A stretch of DNA of 64,000 bases from an uncultured Candidatus Binatia bacterium (GTDB taxonomy: Bacteria; Desulfobacterota; Binatia; Bin18): NCBI GenBank assembly GCA_965214605.1, contig OZ243961.1, positions 2,368,001 to 2,432,000 on the forward strand, written 5' to 3'. A program made the translations under genes and the position numbers. Position 1 is the stretch's first letter; each line of letters opens with the position of its first letter. The notes beneath the pieces are model-generated. The model had not been told where the DNA came from and made no database searches. It saw nothing but the letters and a program-made list of their open reading frames with translations. Below are positions 1-9,462 of this stretch, piece after piece.

Positions 1-385
1 GGGGGTCTGTCTGCCCCTCGGCAGTGAGACGGAGGCTGACCGTTCCGAGCTCCCAGCCCCGGGGACAGGGTTCAACCGTGCCGCCAAAGGCTTGGGCGAC
101 GAGTTGATGGCCGAAACACACGCCGTAGATCGGCACCTCCCGGTCAGCCGCTCGTCTCAGAAAGTCCTCACTGCGGGCGATCCAGGCCTCGTCGTCGTAG
201 GTGGAGGCCGGCGAGCCGGTGGCAATGATGCCAGCCCAACTGGTGTCGGCCGGCGTTTCTTTACGCGCGTCGACCACCGCGCACCGCTCGTCGCCGAGCA
301 GGTTCAGAAACGCCCGCTCATACGGGCCGAGCTGTTCGGTCACTCGCCGCGGCAGCTCTCCAGTCTTGAGAATCAAGAATTTCAT
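1..385 (-). CDS. Class I glutamine amidotransferase (partial, runs off the window edge)
   Basis: Not in the ORF track. Manual translation from the ATG at 385 gives MKFLILKTGELP...GIIATGSPASTYDDEAWI...PIYGVCFGHQLVAQAFGG. This contains the GATase-I nucleophile elbow GxCxGHQ. Confidence 0.9.
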   Translation of the reverse strand, partial: MKFLILKTGELPRRVTEQLGPYERAFLNLLGDERCAVVDARKETPADTSWAGIIATGSPASTYDDEAWIARSEDFLRRAADREVPIYGVCFGHQLVAQAFGGTVEPCPRGWELGTVSLRLTAEGQTDP

Positions 386-784
386 GCCTCTTGTACTCTT
401 CTCCGGAACTCCTCCGGTGTTCGTCCGATATCACACGTGCGGGTGGGAGGCAGCGCAAGGCCCAGCCCGGATGGTGTGGAGTAATGAGTTGTGGTTCCTC
501 TATCTGGGTGACGGTGGCGACCCTTCCGGCGCGTTCCGGTAAACCCTAGATGGAGCAGACGGTTTTCCATTGTGGCCGCACCGACGGTCGGGAGGTTCCT
601 CACGCCATTACCGCAGTCTACTGACTTCCGATTCTCCGACACTCCCGCTTTTCCTCTACACACGGCTCATCAATTTTCTGAAGGTTGTGGCAAGTCCCAG
701 AATAGTGCCGCCAAAAAGTCGTGTCTTGGGATTGACCTCAATGGAGTGGTGATAAAGGGGGGGTGGCATCGCTCATTCCCTCCA

Positions 785-1888
785 TTAGCGGTCCCGATGG
801 TCGCGCGCCTGACCGGGGGCCTTGGGGTGGGCGTAGGGGTGGGGACGATCGGTTGCGACCTCGAACGGAATGGCCTCTAAGCGGGCCATTCCGTCTTTGT
901 AGGCGGCGATAAGACGATCTTCGCCCTCATAATTAAACGGGTCCTGGAGTCGTTTCTCGATTTCTCCGCCCCGTTCTGGTTGGTGCTCAACATACCATTT
1001 GACGGTTCTGGCCAGGGCGTCTTCGACGGTGTAGATATCGGCATAGCCGAGCTGCTTCTTGATTTTGGTCAGATCAACAACCCGATGGTGGGAGCTCTGC
1101 TGCATGGCGTACGGATGGGACGGGCGGGCGATGGGGTGCGGCATACTGACAATATCCCACTCGTGATCCAGCTCTTTGGCAATAACCTCAACGACCTGTC
1201 GGAGGCTGAGCTGTTGTTCGTCGCCACAGTTATAGAGCTGACCAGCCGAGGCTTCCGGCTGATCTACAGCTAGTAAGACGGCCTGGGCCAGGTTGCCGGC
1301 ATAGCCGTGGGTAAACAGCATCAGGCCGGCGTCCGGTACAATAATATGTGGCCGCTTATCCAAGATGCGCCGGATGATGCTCCACTCGCGGGGGACGAGT
1401 TGATACGGGCCATAGACGTAGGGATAACGAAAGTAGGCCGCGGTCGGGTGGGTTTCTAAAACTGCCTGTTCGGTCTGGGCGATCAGATACGCAAAGCGCA
1501 GTTCTTCTTCACTATCAACCACCGGCGCGTCTTCTGGAACCGCTACCTTTAGGCCGGGTGGGAACAGGGCGTAGGCGTCCATATAGCCCCGATAGCTAGC
1601 TACCCCACCGACCCCGACAAAGCGCCCGACTTTGCCGACCAAGGCTTCGGCCACAAAGCGGATACGGCCATAGGTCACTACGGCCAGATCAAACGTCCGT
1701 CTTCCTAATGCCTTGTCAATGGTTTCCCGAAAGTGCGGGTCGCCGTGGATATGTTCGACCTGGGGGGGAATCTCGGGAATTTCGTGGGTCCCACGGTGAA
1801 AAATCGTGACCTCATAGCCCCGCTCAATCAGGCCATTGACGATAAACGGACCGGTTGGGCCAGTCCCTCCAACGACGAGTGCTTTCAT
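785..1888 (-). CDS. NAD-dependent epimerase/dehydratase family (atypical SDR)
   Basis: N-terminal Rossmann motif VVGGTGPTG, RYPYVYGP and YNCGD. GAGGAGGA RBS upstream. Confidence 0.88.
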   Translation of the reverse strand: MKALVVGGTGPTGPFIVNGLIERGYEVTIFHRGTHEIPEIPPQVEHIHGDPHFRETIDKALGRRTFDLAVVTYGRIRFVAEALVGKVGRFVGVGGVASYRGYMDAYALFPPGLKVAVPEDAPVVDSEEELRFAYLIAQTEQAVLETHPTAAYFRYPYVYGPYQLVPREWSIIRRILDKRPHIIVPDAGLMLFTHGYAGNLAQAVLLAVDQPEASAGQLYNCGDEQQLSLRQVVEVIAKELDHEWDIVSMPHPIARPSHPYAMQQSSHHRVVDLTKIKKQLGYADIYTVEDALARTVKWYVEHQPERGGEIEKRLQDPFNYEGEDRLIAAYKDGMARLEAIPFEVATDRPHPYAHPKAPGQARDHRDR

Positions 1889-2063
1889 TGGTCCTCCTCA
1901 CTTTGTGACTCATCCCTTTTGCCTTCAATAAAGCGGCTAGCGAGGCCCGTTCGTCCCTGTCGGAATACTGACAACCGGGACTGAGCCGTTCAGAGAGCAC
2001 GATAGACGGCGCTCCCGCTCGTCCTGTTCTTGACGGCTTTCAGCAGCCACAACTTCCGTTTCC

Positions 2064-2225
2064 TCAGCAATGCGGTGCTCCTGGCTCTTTTTCCGTCGTT
2101 TTTAGAATGCGCTCCTCCCTTCCTGGCAACGCTCGCTTATATTCCCCAAATAGTGATGGTGAAGGGAAAGAGCCAGAAAACGATACGGATTCAATGAGAG
2201 CGATACGGACATTCTCCGCAAGTCT
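2064..2225 (-). pseudogene. DUF2335-like membrane protein fragment
   Basis: SFSGSFPSPSLFGEYKRALPGREERILKTTEKE resembles the DUF2335 signature (FSGPLPPP..L..Y....PGAAERI..MAEKE). It has no start of its own and is truncated. Confidence 0.55.
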
Positions 2226-2653
2226 GATACGGCTGGGTATCGGCAGCAATGATCCACATGATGCGGCGAACCTGCGCCCGCAGCCAGAGATCCGCAGGTA
2301 ACATCGGCGGGCCGTCATGGTCGAACCAGTCTTCGATCAGATCAATGATCGGACCCGATTGAGTCATCTTTCTTCCGTCCGGCAGCAACAGTACGGGTAC
2401 GCGCCCCTCCGGGTTGAATGCATTCAGATCCGTCGTACCCAGTCCTCTGTTTCGGGATCGTTTTTCGGCATGGTGTGAACGGGGATACTGCGGTCATCGG
2501 TGCCGAAACCCATACTCACTAGGGTTACTTGCGAAGACAGTACGCCACGACACTGTAAATACAGCGTCCCTCACATCGAGGCGCTGCTGGTGTGGTGGTA
2601 GTACAGTAGTACAGGCGGAGTGGACCGTCCGTCGGGAAACTACGTTTGGCCAT
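2226..2653 (-). pseudogene. Glutathione S-transferase (zeta/maleylacetoacetate isomerase-like) remnant
   Basis: Fragments across frames: MAKRSFPTDGPLRLYY, HHTSSAS, and AFNPEGRVPVLLLPDGRKMTQSGPIIDLIE...LPADLWLRAQVRRIMWIIAADTQPYQ. It has frameshifts and stops, and the C-terminal half is missing. Confidence 0.75.
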
Positions 2654-2809
2654 GAAGTTCCTCAAAGGACAGGACATGCTTTACTTTGTCCCTCTCAGAT
2701 GCAGTGGATACTGCGGGTTGGCAACCGGCACTCACCTGTCGGATAAAAGATTAGTACGTCCCCGATATCCCCCGACGCAGCGAGGAGAGCGCTGCGTCGG
2801 GTTGTCTTC

Positions 2810-4084
2810 TTAGAAGAAGATAAAGGATCGAACGACCACGTTCTTGCGACAGGGAGCGTCTTCGGGCGTGGTTGGGTCGATGCAGGCGGAGTGGAACGAC
2901 CAACGCGAGACGGAGCCGTCGGTGACCGAGTCGTAGCACTTGAGCATCGACACTTCGGTCGACGTCTGCTGCGGAAACCAGTACCACTCGTGGTTGGGTC
3001 GGTAGGTGAAGCGGGTGGTCTCGCCAACGCGGTCGTCGTAGATACGGTAGTTGGTGATATACGGTTGGTCGGCGAAAGAGGGCCAGGCGCAGAGCACGAA
3101 GGGGTTCTGGCGCACGGTCTCCATCGGCTTGGCAAGATTGATCGACATGAACCGCCGCGACATCTTCGCGTCGGCCTCTGCCTCCGTGTAGTGCTGCTTG
3201 CGCCCGAAGTTGCGCAGGTTCTTCGTCAGCAGCTCGCGGCAACGCACGCGGCCACTGTTGTCGTTCAGGTCGTTGTGCACGATGTTGGCGTAGAAGGTGT
3301 TGACCCCCGGATCCCTGTTGTCCTGATCCTCCCTGACGGTGCCTTTGTAATCCTTGTTAAACACGTCGTGGTTGTACACGAGCGCATCGGTCACACCGGG
3401 GAAGAAATCGAGGAGGAGTTTCTCTATCTCCGGGTAGAACACGCGCTCCACCTCGGCCGCGTCGTAGAAATTCTGGCACTTCGATTCGCAGTGGGCGAGC
3501 GAGACGCCGAGCTTGTCCATGCACTCGGGGCTCGTGGGCGAGAGACCGGGGTAGTACTCTTCCATGCGTCGCGCGTCGCGCAGTATCTGCGGGAAATAGA
3601 GGCCTCGCCGCCCGATCTCCTGCTCTTCCTTGCGAAACATTTTTGCCTCGGCCGCGCGCGCCGGGTCCCGCCAGATGGCGTTGGACGAGACGATGGAGTA
3701 GGACGGCTGTTCGTGGACGGTGTAGCGTAGCGGAAGTGCGACGCCGCCTTCAGGAGCCTCGATGTTGCTCGTCCGAATATATTCCAGGCACTCTGCGTAG
3801 CTACGAAAGCCGAGGCCCCACTTGGTCTCGACCGGGCCGGGGGGAGCGTTCTCGATCATGTCGATGACCGCTTGCCCTTCACCCTCGGCAACCTGGCGGA
3901 GCGCCTCCTCCATTGCCGCGGCAGTTCCCGCATCTCCGTCCTGATCGAACGACATATAGGATAAACCGCCGTTCGCCGCGATGGGTGGGGGCTGCCCTAC
4001 TGTGAGTTGGAAGGGAGGCACATAGGCCGATGAATCTCTCTCCGTAACCCCCACACTGTTGTTCTCGATGGTATTGAGCCCCAT
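2810..4084 (-). CDS. CmcJ/NvfI (AsaB-like) family Fe(II)/2OG-type oxidoreductase with an N-terminal extension
   Basis: FYDAAEVERVFYPEIEKLL, VHND, HEWYWFPQQTSTEVSMLKCYDS and SFHSA...RKNVVVR. GGAGGA RBS upstream. Confidence 0.8.
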   Translation of the reverse strand: MGLNTIENNSVGVTERDSSAYVPPFQLTVGQPPPIAANGGLSYMSFDQDGDAGTAAAMEEALRQVAEGEGQAVIDMIENAPPGPVETKWGLGFRSYAECLEYIRTSNIEAPEGGVALPLRYTVHEQPSYSIVSSNAIWRDPARAAEAKMFRKEEQEIGRRGLYFPQILRDARRMEEYYPGLSPTSPECMDKLGVSLAHCESKCQNFYDAAEVERVFYPEIEKLLLDFFPGVTDALVYNHDVFNKDYKGTVREDQDNRDPGVNTFYANIVHNDLNDNSGRVRCRELLTKNLRNFGRKQHYTEAEADAKMSRRFMSINLAKPMETVRQNPFVLCAWPSFADQPYITNYRIYDDRVGETTRFTYRPNHEWYWFPQQTSTEVSMLKCYDSVTDGSVSRWSFHSACIDPTTPEDAPCRKNVVVRSFIFF

Positions 4085-4332
4085 AACATGTCCTCCAATT
4101 AAAGATAGCCGATCGTGTCACACGGGATTTGTCTTTGCAAGGGCCTTCCTGGTTACACGAACGTCATTGTTTATTGAGCGTTCGAGATCGCGGCTTTCCT
4201 CCTGCCGTTCGTGAGGCAACCCTGCCAGTCCCTGACCGCTTGCCATCATACTGAAATGGTCTTAAGCGGCAACGCTTGTCTCTGAAGATAGAGCGTGCTG
4301 GTCTGCGACCAGACAAAAGGGGGGACCCATAG

Positions 4333-4770
4333 GATCCGACAAACTATCAAACGACGAATGACGTGGCTGTCGTCCGAGCGACTGTTCCGCAGCTTATACT
4401 TGCTGACGGCAAGACTTGTGTAAGCCAAGCCCTTACTAAGAATGAGTAGTGGGCAGCGGCCCAGATCGTTAGACAGGAAAATCTGCTTCCCCTTATCGAA
4501 AGCCTTTTACTCCTCAAGCAGTGGAACGCTCTTACCGAGGCCCTCCACATCTCCAGCGCGTGATACGGAAAGACATATATTCCCTCTGCACTAGGGGATT
4601 TGATTTACTGGGCGGGCCTTCAAGAGCGTGAAGCGCATGGTTAGCAGAGTCTCCGGATTGGAAGCATCTTGAATGCGTTGACGTTTCATCCGAGAGGCCC
4701 ACTCCATACGGCTTTCTGATGACGAATGGGAGAAATTGACACGCCGGCTTGGACGGATTCGACAGGAGTG
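4333..4770 (+). pseudogene. Decayed CDS of unknown family
   Basis: One protein-like frame broken by isolated stops (…ALTKNE*WAAAQIVRQENLLPLIESLLLLKQWNALTEALHISSA*YGKTYIPSALGDLIYWAGLQ…). Visibly more AT-rich than the flanking genes. Confidence 0.4.
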
Positions 4771-5128
4771 AGGGAAGCTAGCATGAATACCCGGCTCGAA
4801 GGTGCATAGGGTGAGAGACGTGAAATGCGGAACATAACGGAGGGAGACGCACTCTGAATTGGTCTGTTTCCCAAGATAACCCCGCTCTGGTGCGAAACGG
4901 TTTAGAGGGCGTCCTAGCGTGACCTATGCCTGCTGGCGCGGCCAGACGGTTGTTCACTCACAGTGGTCACCCGATTCGGGCGGCAGTGGGACAAGCGGAC
5001 ACGTCGCGCGGTACTGACCGGTATCCTTGACAGCCATACGATTCACCACACGGACGGCCTCGAAGTCCTAGACGGACACGAACCGTTGGCCGGGCGGCAA
5101 CGGGTGCGTATTGCCGGCTTCACATGAC

Positions 5129-5880
5129 TCACCCACGAGTCTGTGGAGCCGCGACGATCTGGGGGAATCTCACAGCAAGGTCTGTTGCGGACATGCCGCG
5201 AAACCGCTCCACCAACGCCAAGGCACCCGCCTCAAGCGCCGCAAGACCCGCGTCGTCGTCCGAAGTCTCGACCGCGCGAACTTCGAGGTTGGCCGCAGCA
5301 AAGAGAGGAAGATATTCGGACGAGCGCAGCCGGTTCGTGGAGGCGAATGAATTGTCGGCGTACCGCGCCCACGCCTCGGCATCGACTTGCAGGAAGTTGA
5401 CACTGGAGATAGTCGGGTCGGTGGGGATAAAGTGAGCCCCGTGATCAATCAGATGCGCCCACAGGCCGTCCGGCTTCAGCAACCGGGCCGCTGTGTCCAG
5501 GATGCGGCGCAGCCCGGCCCCCTAGCACGCTGCTGGACACGTGCATGTCTAGGCTCATAGTGGGCAGGTCGAGGTAACCGGCGTTGGCTGGCGCCATGGA
5601 GGTGACGGTGCAAAGCGAGAGGACCGATTCGATCAACGCGACCGGGCATCCAACGCCAACAGCCGCTCGACCGTATCCTCTTCTCCGGCACTGCGACCCA
5701 GAGCCTCGACGAGCCACGAACGGTTGGCGCGGTATCAGTCCAAATGGCGAGCACCCGCCACGGCTTGAGGTTACACGCAGCGTCCACCGCCGTGATACGC
5801 CGAGCGCCCAGCAGCCACCAGAATGGAAAAGTTCAGACTCTGCCCTGTCCCAACTTCCAGGACCGCGGCGTTCTACACCG
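5129..5880 (-). pseudogene. Class I SAM-dependent methyltransferase remnant
   Basis: Pieces in different frames: VLEVGTG (motif I), LLGARRITAVD, HVSSSVL, and RLLKPDGLWAHLID...TNRLRSSEYLPLF. Multiple frameshifts. Confidence 0.65.
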
Positions 5881-5925
5881 GCCGATGCGCCCGTATTGTA
5901 TCCACCAGCGCCGAGGCTCTCTTCC

Positions 5926-7662
5926 TCAACAAGAAATCACCGGCAACACCAGATGCGACGGATAGCGAGCATCATGAAAAATCGTTTGCTGCGCGGTCTC
6001 GAGTTCGCTATCGCTCCCGAAGTCGTGACCTGTATTTGGATTGCGGTCGTAGCGGGGAAAGTTGCTTGAGGAGACTTCGAGTCGGAAGCGGTGGCCAGCC
6101 TTGAACACATGGCTCGTAGACCACAGATCGATGGTATAGTGGTATACCTCGCCCGGTCTGATCAGGGACGGCGAGGTGTGTGACTCGCGGAAACGGGCCC
6201 GGATAACCCCCTCGACAATGTTCTGAGCGTAGCCGTCCGGACGCAGGTCGATGAGCTTGGCGGTAAAGTCGGTATCGGGCGCCGAAGACGCCGCGTATAA
6301 ACTGAGAGAAACCGGACCGGTTACCTCAACATCTTCGCTCAAGACCTCTCCGGTATACACCAGCACGTCTTCCCGGCGCTCAATCTTGGTTTGATCCAGC
6401 ACCCCCATGGCCATACCCAGAGTAGTCCCGCCCCGGGTGGGAACCGGATCATGCGGATCGTACACATAGTGGTCTTGGGGCTCTTCGTTCGGGGCCACCA
6501 TAGACAGGCCGCCGTCTCCGTTGAGGCTGTTGGCTTTCCCGGCGCTGTGCAGATACAGGTTGGTATAGCGCGTGCGCGCCAGTGGCCACTCGTTTTCGTC
6601 CCGCCAGCGGTTGTCGCCCATCACAAACAGCCGAATCGGTGCTTCGTCGCCAACACCGTTTTCGACTCCCTTGAGGAAATAATCAAACCAGCGCAGCTGT
6701 ATGTCATGCAACGCAATCAGGGCTTCCGGACCAAAGTCGATGCCACCCGTCCCCCGCGAGGTGGGCTGAGCGTAGGGCAGCAGGTGGGCCCAGGGACCCA
6801 TCAACAGCCGTTGGTTTTGACGCGCCTCTTGGGTGAAGGCCCGCTCCCGCAAACCGCTATACATGCTCAGGGTGTCATGCTGAAACACATCATACCACGA
6901 TCCTACATGCAGCATCGGCACGTTGATGTTGTGCAGCTGACGGCGCAGATCAAGGGCTTGCCAGTACGGACCGTCTTGTGGATGGTTGAGAAAATCGGCA
7001 AAATACGGCGCGCCGTCTCTAAACCGTTCAGCCCAGTCTTTGAGCGGCAGCTGACGGTATTCCTCCTTTTTGAGGGGAGACATGGGCAGATCTGGATAGG
7101 CGACCGAGGCGTCGAGAATTGGCTTGGACTGCTCATACAGACCTTTGCGTTCCAGGGTGTTGCGCTGCATGGTGGTGAAGTAGGCGAGCATCCAGCCCAA
7201 CTCGAACACCCCGCGTCGATAGGTGCAGTTCTCGTAATAGGTGACCGGACCTGAGACGGGACTCATCGCTCTCAGATGAGGCGGTCGCTCAGGCGCGGCA
7301 AAGTACTGGACTAGACCGAGATAGGACTGGCCGACCGTGCCAACCTGACCGTCGGACCACGGCAGGCCCGCCGCCCACTCAATGGTATCGTAGCCGTCTC
7401 GACCTTCATAAATAAAGGGATAAAAATCGCCCTCTGAACGAAAGCGGCCTCGGGTATCTTGAACGACCACGACATAGCCACGCGACGGAAAATAGTCTTT
7501 CTCGGTCAGCGCCATATCTAGGCTTTTATCGTACGGCGTGCGGACAACCAGAACGGGAAACCGCCCATCCGTATCCGGCCGATACACATCCGCGTAGAGC
7601 GTCACGCCGTCACGCGTCTGCATGGCAAGGTCTCTGTCTACAACAACGCGATGGGTGGTCAT
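5926..7662 (-). CDS. CocE/NonD family serine hydrolase
   Basis: TRDGVTLYADVYRP, RTPY, GQSYLG nucleophile, WYD and GPWAH. C-terminus SSSNFPRYDRNPNTG. Confidence 0.95.
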   Translation of the reverse strand: MTTHRVVVDRDLAMQTRDGVTLYADVYRPDTDGRFPVLVVRTPYDKSLDMALTEKDYFPSRGYVVVVQDTRGRFRSEGDFYPFIYEGRDGYDTIEWAAGLPWSDGQVGTVGQSYLGLVQYFAAPERPPHLRAMSPVSGPVTYYENCTYRRGVFELGWMLAYFTTMQRNTLERKGLYEQSKPILDASVAYPDLPMSPLKKEEYRQLPLKDWAERFRDGAPYFADFLNHPQDGPYWQALDLRRQLHNINVPMLHVGSWYDVFQHDTLSMYSGLRERAFTQEARQNQRLLMGPWAHLLPYAQPTSRGTGGIDFGPEALIALHDIQLRWFDYFLKGVENGVGDEAPIRLFVMGDNRWRDENEWPLARTRYTNLYLHSAGKANSLNGDGGLSMVAPNEEPQDHYVYDPHDPVPTRGGTTLGMAMGVLDQTKIERREDVLVYTGEVLSEDVEVTGPVSLSLYAASSAPDTDFTAKLIDLRPDGYAQNIVEGVIRARFRESHTSPSLIRPGEVYHYTIDLWSTSHVFKAGHRFRLEVSSSNFPRYDRNPNTGHDFGSDSELETAQQTIFHDARYPSHLVLPVISC

Positions 7663-8054
7663 GGCTCCCTCCTGTGTCTCTCTGTCTGGCGGATTTCTAT
7701 CCGGTCTGCAAGCGTATTCTGCTGGCGGACGCGTCGAATGGCCCGCTGTCGTTTCATTTCGTACTGCTGACGGGCCTCGTCCCGATCGGAGTCTTTGCTT
7801 GGGGTGTCTTCTTCGCCATCAAACCAGGCCGTTACCGTGTTTTTGATACTCCTAGCCGTGCGCGAAAAAGCTGCTCGGGGCGCATCTCGGCCAACTACAC
7901 CCTGGATTTCTTTCCAAATGCTCTCGTCTTTGGCAAGAGGGGTGGGACGGAGCCGTTCGGTCTGGGTCACACAACCTGTCCCAAATGGTATGAAAGAAAG
8001 AAATACCACCAGACAAATGACTGGAATAGATTTCGGTGTGTCTGATGACGGCAT
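7659..8054 (-). CDS. Hypothetical protein, probable lipoprotein
   Basis: Hydrophobic stretch followed by a GTGC lipobox-like site. The stop overlaps the CocE start (ATGA). The start could instead be the TTG at 8063. Confidence 0.6.
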   Translation of the reverse strand: MPSSDTPKSIPVICLVVFLSFIPFGTGCVTQTERLRPTPLAKDESIWKEIQGVVGRDAPRAAFSRTARSIKNTVTAWFDGEEDTPSKDSDRDEARQQYEMKRQRAIRRVRQQNTLADRIEIRQTERHRREP

Positions 8055-8186
8055 GTTGCTCAAAGCCTTGTCTCATTTTAAGACATCCAACTCAAAAGGA
8101 TATGTCTTCTTTTCGTCCAGGTCTGCGTAATCGTCGGATATGAGGAATAGAAATCCCGGAATCTCTCTCTTTTTGTTCCCATATTC

Positions 8187-8203
8187 TTGGCACACTTCCT
8201 GCT
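8187..8203 (+). promoter_or_regulatory. Sigma-54 (RpoN) -24/-12 promoter
   Basis: TTGGCACACTTCCTGCT closely matches YTGGCACG-N4-TTGCW with exact GG-N10-GC spacing. It lies about 60 nt upstream of the ATG at 8262. Confidence 0.75.
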
Positions 8204-8209
8204 CATTAT

Positions 8210-8242
8210 GAAGAACATCGCCTAGGAAGAACATCGGCCTAG
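8210..8242 (+). repeat. Tandem duplication GAAGAACATCG(G)CCTAG x2
   Basis: GAAGAACATCGCCTAG (8210-8225) is immediately followed by GAAGAACATCGGCCTAG (8226-8242). Confidence 0.9.
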
Positions 8243-8261
8243 GACGAAGCGAGGAGAAGTC

Positions 8262-8717
8262 ATGTCCGATACCTTACTCACACGAGAACCTAGTCTACCA
8301 GAACTCGAGGCGGATATCCTCGTTCCTTCCCAGTTCTTCGACCGGCGTCAAGTCGAGGGCTCAGCCCAGCCTGAAAAACGTCTGATGCTAGCGGTCATGG
8401 AAGATGCCATCGCCACATTCCAGAAGTCTCTTCCCGAAGCCAACCGGCGTCAGCGACGGCTGCTCCGAGAAACCGAAGAGTGGATTCGGGCCACCGATAG
8501 GTCGTGGCCGTTCTCGTTTGAGAATATCTGTGCGGCCTTGGATATTGAGGTTGACTATCTGCGTCAGGGGCTGTTCAAGTGGAAAACCGCCCAGCAGACT
8601 CTCTACAAGGAGAGCCGCAGCACCCGCGCTCCTGTCTTACATTCCCCCTTTCGCCGCATCAGCGGCCGGCGGCATAGCCTGTCGGTGAACCACTCCACCT
8701 CGACACAAGCTGCCTAG
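8262..8717 (+). CDS. Conserved hypothetical protein (EKRLMLAVxEDA / WPFSFENIC family)
   Basis: GAGGAG RBS and ATG. Motifs PSQFF, PEKRLMLAVMEDAI and WPFSFENICAALDIEVDYLRQGL, with a basic C-terminal tail. Confidence 0.8.
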   Translation: MSDTLLTREPSLPELEADILVPSQFFDRRQVEGSAQPEKRLMLAVMEDAIATFQKSLPEANRRQRRLLRETEEWIRATDRSWPFSFENICAALDIEVDYLRQGLFKWKTAQQTLYKESRSTRAPVLHSPFRRISGRRHSLSVNHSTSTQAA

Positions 8718-8728
8718 AGCGGTATGGC

Positions 8729-9448
8729 TTAGGCGTCAAGCTGCTGACGAAAGCTGGCCGAGCGTCGGAGTATGTCGGCATACTGCTCCGCAGTCAGATG
8801 TCCGCGCACGAGTTCAAGCCGCAGGAACAGAAAATAGGTCTGAATAACATCGTGGCGGCAGTAGCGATGAATCTCAGGTAAACGTCCGTCTTCCCAGTAC
8901 TCCTGGACCCGAGAGCCGTCGATCCCGACTTTGCCCGGTAAGCCGACCAGTCTCGCCAGCAGATTGAGTCCACCCCGCAGGTGCTGGGCCCCGTAGTTGG
9001 TGATAAAGTCGTACAGATCGTAGTGGCCCTCTTCGCTAAACCGGTAGCGGGCTTTGCCGCTAAAGTACCGCGGAGCCAGGCAGCCGTATTTGAGCGCTTG
9101 GAGTTCGAGGACGGGCAGGTCGAAACTGCGTCCATTGAACGTGATCAGTGTCCCCCGAAAGCGGTCTAAACGCTGCCAAAAGGTCTGCACTATGGCTTCT
9201 TCGTCGGCGTCCTCTCCGCCTAGGGTCTCGACTGCGGTCAGGAGGTGGTCCTCATCGACCCGGCCCACGGCAATGGAGATAGGGATATGAAACGAGAAGG
9301 GAAAGAAGTCGCTGCCCTGCTCCTGCTTGAGGCGTTGTCGGATCTGGACATAGGCCTGTTCGTCCGAGCTGTTGTCGTCCGGCTGATATATCTGCCGGAC
9401 CAGCTGTTTGTCGATACGGGTCTCAATATCAAGAATGGTGTATCGCAT
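8729..9448 (-). CDS. Stand-alone PolB-like 3'-5' exonuclease (DEDDy)
   Basis: ExoI LDIET, ExoII TFNGRSFDLP and ExoIII YCRHDV. Confidence 0.9.
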   Translation of the reverse strand: MRYTILDIETRIDKQLVRQIYQPDDNSSDEQAYVQIRQRLKQEQGSDFFPFSFHIPISIAVGRVDEDHLLTAVETLGGEDADEEAIVQTFWQRLDRFRGTLITFNGRSFDLPVLELQALKYGCLAPRYFSGKARYRFSEEGHYDLYDFITNYGAQHLRGGLNLLARLVGLPGKVGIDGSRVQEYWEDGRLPEIHRYCRHDVIQTYFLFLRLELVRGHLTAEQYADILRRSASFRQQLDA

Positions 9449-9462
9449 TGATGTACTTGGGG

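Noticed and set aside
386-784. Riboswitch or tRNA upstream of the amidotransferase
   Set aside because: No recognisable aptamer consensus or cloverleaf by eye. An Rfam scan would be needed to exclude it.
4780-4900. Group II intron or other structured RNA fragment
   Set aside because: No domain V or RT remnant is recognisable.
8210-8242. CRISPR array
   Set aside because: Only two adjacent short units without spacers. No cas genes or arrays were seen anywhere in the window.
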